Source of the DNA: a virus
Virus record (IMG/VR): IMGVR_UViG_3300036715_002535
Location: 47,837 to 111,836 of that record
Length of the DNA stretch: 64,000 nucleotides
Strand: one strand, 5' to 3'
In this document: in pieces, positions 35,987 through 44,367 of the stretch
How the letters are laid out: every line of letters begins with the position of its first letter
How positions within the stretch are numbered: position 1 is the stretch's first letter
Notes under the pieces: model-generated
Seen by the model: only the letters and a program-made list of their open reading frames with translations
What the model was told of the DNA's origin: nothing
Databases searched by the model: none
Made by a program: the position numbers and the translations under genes

Positions 35987-37034
35987 TATAGCTGGGACAA
36001 CCATGGCACGCACGCTACCGCCTATCCCGAGGAGGAACAAAGTGCTAAAGAGTAACTTCAATAAGCTCAAGCCTGGAATCTATTCAGTTTACTGGAGAGG
36101 TCTTCTTGGAACGATGAGAGAACAAGATTGCTTGGCTGCCGTTGGAATCTCTGAGGATGGTACCCGCTGGATCGCTCCTACAGATAGCACTCGGCCAATG
36201 GTAGATGGAGCTCATAAAAAGATCGAAAAGATCACTAGGATCTTATAGTCCACGAGTACGATTGGGATTGCACAGGAATCGTTCTCATACAATCACCGCC
36301 TTCACTATGGCACTCTGACCTTCAGCTCGGTCGGTATGGGTGATAGAAGTCACCTTAGCAAACTTAGCTCCACCCAACTTAGCTGAATCCTCTTTGGTCA
36401 AACGAATCATCTCTCCAGCGATAGGGACTCGTGATAATTTAATAAAGGTGGTTAATGTCTTCGTGTCGATCTTATTCTTCGCCATGGTATTTCCTTTGAG
36501 GGTGTAGGGTGTGAGGTCGGGATCCAGCAGTGGTTCGAACATGTCTTAATGTTCGTAGTCCTTCTCGATCCGTTGGAGGGTATCGTTTTTGAATTTGCAA
36601 CCTTTCAACGTGAGGAAGGCACGGATATGTTGTTTGTAGTGTTCAGGAACTTGGGGATCGATGAGGTACAAGCGTGCTCGCATTGTTTCCATCTCATCGT
36701 CCGGATCAACTTCCTTCTTCACCTGGCTGAGGGTGTAGGCTTCATTCTCCTCGCGATACTCATCTGGGAAGGGATTGGTTACCATACCCAGGTCAGCAAG
36801 ATCATCTGTCACGCAGGAGGCTTCGAATCCATCGATGGCGAGGAACTGCATGGTGCGTTTGTAGTTGGCTTCGAGGGTGGATCTTGTCTGTAGGTTCATT
36901 ACCATAGCCTAGTCCACCACAAGGAGATGTGCGTGTACCAAGGGATAACCGGTTTAAGATCCTCTTTCCGGATAGCTTTACGAGGTTGTCGAACAACTGG
37001 GCTCTGCACGAGTGCCTCCACATACCAATATTGC

Positions 37035-37064
37035 CCTTGACGAATTAAATGTCAAGGGTATATT
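37035..37064 (+). promoter_or_regulatory. Palindromic promoter, class A, in a divergent gap
   Basis: ccttgacgaattaaatgtcaagggtatatt. Confidence 0.85.
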
Positions 37065-37885
37065 TATAGCTAAGAGGTAACTATGGCACGCAAGCTACCG
37101 CCTACAAGATACTCCAAGGTATCGGATGCAGGGTTGGAGTACATCATCAAGGATGCAACTGAGGCGCTGCGTGCCATCGAATCCTTCGAGGATCCCAAGC
37201 ATCCCAGTCTGGCAAAGTACACAGATCAGGTGAACGATGCTTGTACTGAGAAGTATAGGAGAAGCCAACGTCCAAAAGTCTGAAAGCTTAATGGTGGGAG
37301 GCAGATTTGGAAACCTACACGGATCGGCTTGCAGGGCATCGTTCGAAGTTAGCGCTCTTTCAGAAGCAGATGTCCAATCCAGCTACCAAGCCGGAGAGGT
37401 TAGAGAAATTGAAAGTGTGGTGTAGGAAGCATGAACGTAGCATCCGCATCATTGAAATCCTTTTGGATATCAAACCCTAGGAGGAACGATGTACGATTAT
37501 GATCTGAAGTTCAAGGACGCTCAGGGGAAGGTGGTCAAGTCCATCTCCTACCAAAGTCTCATCACCCTCCTGATGGTAAGGGATGAAATGGTACAGGGTA
37601 GACCCCTCTCCGAAGGCGGTACCCCTCAGGTGGCTATGATCTCCGAAATGGTACGCAACAAGCTAGGCGCTTCGTCCGTGGATGTCTTCTTCAATGGCAA
37701 CCAGATTCTGTAAAGGGAGAATTTATGAATGGCTGGAAACTCTATATTGAAGATTCATTGAATAATGAAAAGGTGGTTCAGAATCCAGATGGGCAGTCCC
37801 TCAGAGCTTAGACTCTAGAAAGAAAGGAATCTGTCATGGCTAAGCTTGAAGATCAATTTGAACTTAATTTGTAAGAGGCACAACC

Positions 37886-38089
37886 ATGCATCACAACACC
37901 AAATCCTTCTTAGCTCCCGGCTTCGTACCGGCAGGAACTCCCATCCTCACATCTACTGGCTATATCCCAGTCGAACTCCTGAAGGTTGGAGATGTTGCTA
38001 TTGGACTCGACGAGCATACCCTCGAACCCATCCTTGTGACCATCACTGCAATGAGTGAAGAAATGACGCACAAGCCCGAAATCGAATAA
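37886..38089 (+). CDS. Stand-alone N-terminal Hint/intein-like fragment
   Basis: FVPAGTPILTSTGYIPVELLKVGDVAIGLD matches Hint block A pattern but has no Cys1. Confidence 0.55.
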   Translation: MHHNTKSFLAPGFVPAGTPILTSTGYIPVELLKVGDVAIGLDEHTLEPILVTITAMSEEMTHKPEIE

Positions 38090-38211
38090 GGACTAGTGCC
38101 TCCAAGAAGTTCATCCACGCGCAGCATGCCATCGACCTGAAGAAAGATGGCCTCTACTACCTCTACCATCGCAACGAGCGCTAATTATCCTAACTATCCA
38201 CATCACACCCA

Positions 38212-38420
38212 GTGATATACTTCCTAACCTGGGAAGTATATCACGGATTAAGATTTATTTTAGTATCCGAAATACGTAAATTTTCCCAAGATTTCCACAC
38301 CACCCCGTGAGGTAATCCCTTGCCGAATGAAGAAGCCTGGGAAGTATATCACGGATTAAGATTTATTTTAGTATCCGAAATACGTAAATTTTCCCAAGAT
38401 TTCCACACCACTCCGTGAGG
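38212..38420. repeat. 13-bp inverted repeat (38212-38244) and 85-bp direct repeat (38228-38312, 38336-38420); origin-like
   Basis: GTGATATACTTCC/GGAAGTATATCAC; two AT-rich copies differing at one base. Confidence 0.9.
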
Positions 38421-38705
38421 CGCTACAGTGCGCAGACAAACTGTACGGTCAAAGCCTAAGACCAAGCTGCCCAGAGAATGATCTCGAACTACTATGCCGT
38501 TTTCCTTAGGGGTTTCTTTCGAACTATTCCTTGATGAGATAGGCGAAATCTTATTCTGCGTACTAAGATCTAACTTCTTTTTGGTATTACGTGAAGTTGA
38601 TTCTAAATCATTTAACTGAGAAGGGGAATTCACCAGGGTAGTATCCTCAGATGAGTCCGAGGAGTAGGATGGGCTTTTTCCAGGGGTTTTGATAGAAGGA
38701 ACTGC

Positions 38706-41531
38706 TTACAGTGCGCAGATAAACTCCAATCCCTCCGGTACAAGATCGAAGCCCAAGATCAAGCGCTGCCCAGAGGGATTGACACAGAAGTTCGAAGCAC
38801 CCAAGCTGAATACTGATCCATCCAACCTAGCACGCTGCTTGATATCCGTGACCTTCCCGCCTACATAGAGAAAGCCCTTGTGTGCCCGGTAAATCGTCTT
38901 GATGCCTACCTTGTGACCCAAGAGCCTGTCCTTCCAACCTACCGCTACCCTAACCGTACTCTTCTTAAGCAATTCCTCGTAGGTATGCACGAGGATCCTA
39001 CCATTGTCGAATTGTACCACTAACTTATCCGTGGGCTCCACGCAAACTGCCGTTTTAAGTGGCACCCTACTGAAAGCCCTCCTACCATTAGGACCTTCAT
39101 CCTGCAACCGGCATATCAGCGTGCCATCGCTCCCCAACCCCACCACCACCTGATCCCTATCTGGCACAACTAATAAACACTCCTGCTGCTCCCGCTCATA
39201 CCCTAACCGCTTACCTGGCGCATATACCGATACCGCTTCCATATACCCACCAGAGTCCACGAATGAAAAATAATCCTTACATTCCCCTACTAACTTACCC
39301 GTGAACCCTCTTCCTCGTATAGGCTGATCCTGAGATAACTCCCATCCCTTATCTGTCACCACTACCCAATTACTCCTGGACTCTAACTTCTTGAATTGTG
39401 GCAAATCACTCTTATCGCAATACTTGGTTGTACGTGGTAGGTCCGCTGCCTTATAAAACTCTACTAACTCATCCACCTGCTTCTTCAATTCAAATAGAGG
39501 AGAGGTCCCTTTCCAATAGATATACTTCTCCCTACTGCTTGCGTACTTGAGCTTCAACTGCTCCTCGTTCAATTTCAAGATCTGCGATACCTTCAATGAC
39601 AAAGCATAATCTACCATCCGCGGCACGATGAACTTCGCTAATTCTTTTTTCACCAACTCCAAGGTTTCAGAACTAAGCGCCTTCAAGAACTTGGCGTGGT
39701 TCTGAATGATCTTGATCTGCGTATCCAACTCTAACGACTCTTGTTCATAGGTGGCTACGAGATCCGTAATACGTAGATCCCATAGTCCCAACCTATGCTG
39801 TGTCCAATAAGAGAGAATGTCTACCAGCGAGCACATCTTGATTTCGAATGAGCTTTCTTCACCACTCCGTGAGGCATCCTCGTTCGATGCGCCTTTTCGT
39901 AAGGGTTTCTTAGACTCGGAGGGCACTACCACGTGGAACTGATAGCTCTCACGCTTGATCAGAGCAGGTAGGATCCTCGTGCTGAACAAACGTGGATCTT
40001 TCATCACTACCTGCACGCTGACCGCTTCCGTCGAAAAGTCCGCGAGCTCGATCATCTCTTTCTCTACGAGATCAGCCCACGCAGAGCTCAGAGTCGAATA
40101 GGTGACTAGGGGTGCGAACCCAGTGATGGTCACCTTAGACTGCTTGAGATCGAGCTCATATGCGCAGCAGTACGCTAGAGAGCCGACCCCAGTGCGGTAT
40201 ATCTCGGCTATCTCGTCGTGCCCACTCAAGCAATAACACTTATTTTCGAGCTGAGGCCCCTCCATCAACGCAAAATAACTTTTTTCAGTTTTACTTATCT
40301 CACGGGAGTGGTTCGGGGAAACTTCTAAATTCCCTGGAACCCCATCTTCCACATCAACAACACCGGAAACCGGTGTGGAGGGATCATTATCGGGGGTAGG
40401 GTTACCCTTAGTCTTCTTACCACCAATAGGGGACTTAGAGTCATCCAGGGTGCTAATGCGTTCCTTTGCGAGGATCTTTTCGTACTGATCATTGATATAG
40501 GCTTGGGATGTTTTGGCTACGGACAGGATATGATGGGAGGGGATACTTCCAGAGAAGCCCATGGAGATGCCAGAGTAGCCATTGACAAGGATCAGGGGGA
40601 GGAGGGAGGAGAGGACTTCAGGTTCCTTTTCTTTGCCATCAAAGTTGGGTACAAAGTGGAGATATTTTTTATCCAGGAAGTGGGAGAAGCCCAGGTCAGT
40701 GATGCCGGATTCGGTATAGCGATAGGCAGCTGGGGGGTGGCCTTTGATAGATCCATAGTTGCCCACGCTTTGGATAAGGGGGTATTTGATAGTCCAGGGG
40801 GTGGCAAGGGCAACGAGGGCTTCGTATGCGGAGGAGTTATGGGTTACGAGGAGTTGGTCACCGCTTACGATGAGGGCATTTTCATAGTCATTGACGGTAA
40901 AGTCATACATAGGTTCAGGGGAGGGGAGTTCTTCAATTTGGATTGACTTGATATAGAGGGGATGGGGGAGGGAGGATTTATCTAGGACAAGTTTATCGGA
41001 TTGAAGGAGGGAGGGGTAGTGTTGGATAACTTGGTAGGGTTTCAGGTCTTCAGCTTTTATCCAGCGTTGATTTACAAAGAAGGGGTGATTAGAGGTGCAG
41101 CGTACAGTTTGCCCATTACTTAGGTGCAGGTTGTAGATTTTGGTTGAGTATTGACCAATGCGGAAGGAGTGGGCAATAGAGGGAACTAAGCGACCTTCTT
41201 TGTTGAGGGATAGGACTTCAAGTTGGGGGGTATGGGATTCGATGAGTTGGGGGATAGTTTTGGGGATTCCATCCAGGCTGAACAGTTTGGTGTTACCCTC
41301 GAGGCAATCTCCATGGGGATTGTAGCTTCCGATTACATGTCCAATGATCTTCGCGCACTTGAGGGAGCCACGATCTGGTTTGAGGCCCATTTCGTAGGCG
41401 GACCAGAGGATGCGTCGTTGTACAGGTTTGAGGCCATCACGGATATCGGGGAAGGCGCGATTGAGGGAGATATAGTGGCCATACTCCAGGAGGTTGGTTT
41501 TGATCAGTTGTTCAGCGACTACGTGGGACAT
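38706..41531 (-). CDS. gyrA: Type IIA topoisomerase subunit A (GyrA/ParC-like) with intein
   Basis: RAFPDIRDGLKPVQRRIL, PHGD, GNYGS...PAAYRYTE, VPNFDG..EPEVL..LLP.ILVNG.SGI.MG. Confidence 0.9.
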   Translation of the reverse strand: MSHVVAEQLIKTNLLEYGHYISLNRAFPDIRDGLKPVQRRILWSAYEMGLKPDRGSLKCAKIIGHVIGSYNPHGDCLEGNTKLFSLDGIPKTIPQLIESHTPQLEVLSLNKEGRLVPSIAHSFRIGQYSTKIYNLHLSNGQTVRCTSNHPFFVNQRWIKAEDLKPYQVIQHYPSLLQSDKLVLDKSSLPHPLYIKSIQIEELPSPEPMYDFTVNDYENALIVSGDQLLVTHNSSAYEALVALATPWTIKYPLIQSVGNYGSIKGHPPAAYRYTESGITDLGFSHFLDKKYLHFVPNFDGKEKEPEVLSSLLPLILVNGYSGISMGFSGSIPSHHILSVAKTSQAYINDQYEKILAKERISTLDDSKSPIGGKKTKGNPTPDNDPSTPVSGVVDVEDGVPGNLEVSPNHSREISKTEKSYFALMEGPQLENKCYCLSGHDEIAEIYRTGVGSLAYCCAYELDLKQSKVTITGFAPLVTYSTLSSAWADLVEKEMIELADFSTEAVSVQVVMKDPRLFSTRILPALIKRESYQFHVVVPSESKKPLRKGASNEDASRSGEESSFEIKMCSLVDILSYWTQHRLGLWDLRITDLVATYEQESLELDTQIKIIQNHAKFLKALSSETLELVKKELAKFIVPRMVDYALSLKVSQILKLNEEQLKLKYASSREKYIYWKGTSPLFELKKQVDELVEFYKAADLPRTTKYCDKSDLPQFKKLESRSNWVVVTDKGWELSQDQPIRGRGFTGKLVGECKDYFSFVDSGGYMEAVSVYAPGKRLGYEREQQECLLVVPDRDQVVVGLGSDGTLICRLQDEGPNGRRAFSRVPLKTAVCVEPTDKLVVQFDNGRILVHTYEELLKKSTVRVAVGWKDRLLGHKVGIKTIYRAHKGFLYVGGKVTDIKQRARLDGSVFSLGASNFCVNPSGQRLILGFDLVPEGLEFICAL
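40836..41306 (-). mobile_element. Mini-intein (157 aa, no homing endonuclease) in gyrA
   Basis: PHGD|CLEGNT...CTSNHPF...MYDFTV...VTHN|SSAY. Confidence 0.9.
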
Positions 41532-41617
41532 GGGGGGACCTCAGGGGTATAACCGGAGTGGAGAGGGTTTTCGCCTTGAACGAATAAAGAGAGGAGAAGG
41601 TAGACCTTGGATCGTTT

Positions 41618-41656
41618 GGAGTAACCCCTTTGAAAGTGGGGATGCCTGGTTATAAT
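41618..41656. promoter_or_regulatory. Class B promoter/cassette header, variant
   Basis: ggagtaacccctttgaaagtgggg-atgcct-ggttataat. Confidence 0.7.
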
Positions 41657-41673
41657 ATGGGATGGAGGGTTCG

Positions 41674-42159
41674 ATGACCAAGATGCGTATTCAGGCAGCA
41701 GTAGTCAAGACCAAAACATTCAACTACAAGGATGAGGAACAGGAGGCAAAGGCTTGGGCTACGAAGATGAAGGAAAAGGGTAACGTTGTCTTCGAGGATG
41801 ACAAGGGTTCCGATACCTACTGCTTGTACGCTGCACCTTCCAAGAAGGATATTCAGGATTGGTGCGAGGAGCAGGAGCAGGAGGTCAAGTTAGTTTCTTT
41901 CACGGCTAGGGTCCAGGTTGCCTCCAACACCTCCATCTGGGCAATCTTACGGCAGGATGCTTTCGGGCAGGGGGATGCCATTACTCTAGTAACTGCGTTG
42001 AACGAGCAGGAAGCATTTTCAATCTACGCTATTGAGAGTGCAGGAAGCATAGCGCCCTCAAACGTTTCTGAGGAACAAAACAGGGCGGTGCTGGAAGAAT
42101 TTTATGGGGACTACAAGGATGGTTACTACAAAGTTCTACCAACGGAAATGATTGGGTAG
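41674..42159 (+). CDS. KLRIxA-leader protein (MTKMRIQA)
   Basis: Leader motif, SD GGAGG, second motif-like ARVQVA mid-protein. Confidence 0.7.
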   Translation: MTKMRIQAAVVKTKTFNYKDEEQEAKAWATKMKEKGNVVFEDDKGSDTYCLYAAPSKKDIQDWCEEQEQEVKLVSFTARVQVASNTSIWAILRQDAFGQGDAITLVTALNEQEAFSIYAIESAGSIAPSNVSEEQNRAVLEEFYGDYKDGYYKVLPTEMIG

Positions 42160-42538
42160 TCGGCTCGTTTGGAGTATATGCTAGAGGGTTTCGCCCAAGA
42201 AGAACCTACCTTCATCGCGGGAGAGGTTCAGGAAGAACTTCTGGCCATCTTTTCGTTGGAAGCCAAGGAGGTAGCGTGCTTCGCCGGGGGTTGGTCAGTA
42301 GGGACCTGGAGTAGCTTCCGATCAAGGGATACGTGGATCAGTTCGAAGGGTCCGCCGTTCATGTTTAGTTCCTTTGTTCAGGGTGCGATCAGTTGGGTCC
42401 TAGGCTTTCAGTGCCCTTGCCAGGTTTGACGACGAGCTTGGATTCCAGCCACGCATCAAACTTTGGGAATCGTTCGCATAACTTCTCAAGAATCCAGATG
42501 AGGGGTGTTGCGAAGTTCTCTTCCATGGGGACCTCGTG

Positions 42539-42592
42539 GGGAGTAACCCTTTTGAAAGTGGGGTTACAATTACTTATGGTGAAGCTACGTAT
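42539..42592 (+). repeat. 54-bp promoter-plus-leader cassette header, copy 1
   Basis: gggagtaacccttttgaaagtggggttacaattacttATGgtgaagctacgtat, identical to 43740-43793. Confidence 0.95.
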
Positions 42593-43028
42593 TGCATCCC
42601 AAGGTGAGATTAATAGGATCATGTGGACCCTCGGTCATCTGCGGAAGGCAGTGAGGGGGCTTCACAAGTACGAGTCGTCTGTCAATGTGGAGGGGAAGGT
42701 AGCTCTCAAGGCAGCGATGGGAGTTTTGTTGGAAGTAATCAAGCAGGAAGAGGGTAAGATCGAGAAATTAAAGTTCGAGGGTGAAGAACATCCTCGAACC
42801 TGGAGCATTCGGAAAACGGTAAAGAGTCTGAGTTGGACCCTTCGGAAGTTGAAGTTTGCTTCCAACGATCTACAGATCTATCTGGGTCCACACCTTCTGG
42901 GTAAGACCACGATAGGTAAGGATGCCATTCTGCGTGCGAAGGCCATCATAGATCAAGCTGTGAATGAGATGCAGGAGAAGGTTAAGGCTCTCGAGGGTGA
43001 GCTGTGGAGAGAAGTCTTTCCTGATTAG
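42576..43028 (+). CDS. KLRIxA-leader protein (MVKLRIAS), two helical repeats
   Basis: Leader motif; WTL..LRKA / WTLRKL internal repeat. Confidence 0.7.
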   Translation: MVKLRIASQGEINRIMWTLGHLRKAVRGLHKYESSVNVEGKVALKAAMGVLLEVIKQEEGKIEKLKFEGEEHPRTWSIRKTVKSLSWTLRKLKFASNDLQIYLGPHLLGKTTIGKDAILRAKAIIDQAVNEMQEKVKALEGELWREVFPD

Positions 43029-43076
43029 TAGGTGCAGGTGTAGCACGAGAACAGTTGGTAATCGTTCTTCAGTAGC

Positions 43077-43116
43077 TGAAAGTGGGGTTACTATTACTTA
43101 TGGTGAAGCTACGTAT
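43077..43116 (+). repeat. Partial cassette header
   Basis: tgaaagtggggttactattacttATGgtgaagctacgtat. Confidence 0.9.
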
Positions 43117-43666
43117 TCAAGCAAGTGTCAAGGCGAACATGTGGGATGATGCTTATCACCCAAGTAAGCTTGGTCCCTCTTTGACCATCAACCCTTGGCA
43201 GGAAGATCAGTTCTGGGTGGCGCCAAAGGATCCAGGTATTCCCGAGGAAACGAAGCAGCATCTGAGGGAGTGGTTGCAATACAACAACAAGAGTTTGACA
43301 GGCGAGGATCTCAATTTCTTGATGCGTAAGTACTCTTACTCCGGGACGATGTTTCGAGGGGTGGGGTTTCAGACCATGGAAGAGATGGAGGAGTTTCTAT
43401 CCACGTTAGGGAATGAGAGGCATCCTACCTCGTGGTCCAAGTCTTTTGAGGTAGCCAAGGAGTTCGCTTCGGAGGGGCAGACTCAATCCTCCCTTCCCAA
43501 TCATTGGTTGGTTCTGAAGTATAAGGGCAAGGCATTCGACTTGCACAAAATGCATTTGAAGCTCTCTCCACCCAGTCAGAAGAAGAAAGATCGTGGGGTG
43601 GTGAGGGAGCAGGAACTAGTGATCCCTGCAGGATCCTACAGCTTCGAAGTAGTGGATAAGGGTTAG
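43100..43666 (+). CDS. KLRIxA-leader protein; putative R-S-E ADP-ribosyltransferase
   Basis: MVKLRIQA; MFRG, PTSWSKSFEVAKEFA, REQELVI motifs. Confidence 0.7.
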   Translation: MVKLRIQASVKANMWDDAYHPSKLGPSLTINPWQEDQFWVAPKDPGIPEETKQHLREWLQYNNKSLTGEDLNFLMRKYSYSGTMFRGVGFQTMEEMEEFLSTLGNERHPTSWSKSFEVAKEFASEGQTQSSLPNHWLVLKYKGKAFDLHKMHLKLSPPSQKKKDRGVVREQELVIPAGSYSFEVVDKG

Positions 43667-43739
43667 TCCTGCGTGCAGGTAGGGCAATATATTGCAGCCA
43701 GGGGTGGAGCCGCATGTGGTGCAGGCGCCTTGGAGGGTT

Positions 43740-43793
43740 GGGAGTAACCCTTTTGAAAGTGGGGTTACAATTACTTATGGTGAAGCTACGTAT
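43740..43793 (+). repeat. 54-bp promoter-plus-leader cassette header, copy 2
   Basis: Identical to 42539-42592. Confidence 0.95.
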
Positions 43794-44367
43794 CAAAGCC
43801 GGTCTATCTAATAGGGTCTACCATTTCACAACTCTTTCCTCGAAAGCATCTCAATTAGTTGTGGTGGATGTTCAGCCAGTACATCGTGGGTTCATTCACT
43901 TTGATGTTCCTAGTTTGATGAAGAAGTTCGAGGACTATGGACGGGTGCTCATTGTCTATAATGGGGCAGAGTTAGGTTACGAGGATAGTCCAAATACCAT
44001 TCAAGAGTGGTATTTGGAGGAGGGTATGAACGAAGAGGTTCATTTAGAGTTTAAAGATAAGGCTTACGGTTTTCTTCGTGGGGCAATGGATACTGGAGTT
44101 GCTGACGAGAACATCGTTGGAGCAATCAAGGTAATGCTCGAAGAAGACTTATCAGATAGCAGGGAATTATCTACCGAGATGCAAGAGCAGTTTGGTTTGA
44201 GTGAAGATACAGCTATCAGCATTCCGGATGATCTGATAGATGCCTTGAAGGATTTCAATGGGGCAGATATTTGCGGTGGTGGAGATAACGATTGTTTAAG
44301 AGAAGTGGAGTTGCTAGCTGAAGGTGCTGGCTTAAGATTCAATCGTTTGTATCGATTTGTTTATTAA
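43777..44367 (+). CDS. KLRIxA-leader protein; isochorismatase/cysteine-hydrolase-like
   Basis: MVKLRIKA; LVVVDVQP, K..GF, ICGGGDNDCL. Confidence 0.55.
   Translation: MVKLRIKAGLSNRVYHFTTLSSKASQLVVVDVQPVHRGFIHFDVPSLMKKFEDYGRVLIVYNGAELGYEDSPNTIQEWYLEEGMNEEVHLEFKDKAYGFLRGAMDTGVADENIVGAIKVMLEEDLSDSRELSTEMQEQFGLSEDTAISIPDDLIDALKDFNGADICGGGDNDCLREVELLAEGAGLRFNRLYRFVY

Noticed and set aside
38349-38633. 94-aa minus-strand ORF downstream of gyrA
   Set aside because: Low-complexity, overlaps the non-coding 85-bp repeat, no clear SD; probably spurious
42393-43776. ORF-track N-termini containing GVTLLKVGLQLL as a protein motif
   Set aside because: This is read-through of the repeated promoter DNA; the true starts are the MVKLRI ATGs
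42539-43793. Cassette headers as integron attC sites or CRISPR repeats
   Set aside because: The inverted repeat is only about 25 bp and lacks the RYYYAAC/GTTRRRY consensus; spacing is gene-sized; no integrase or cas gene in the window
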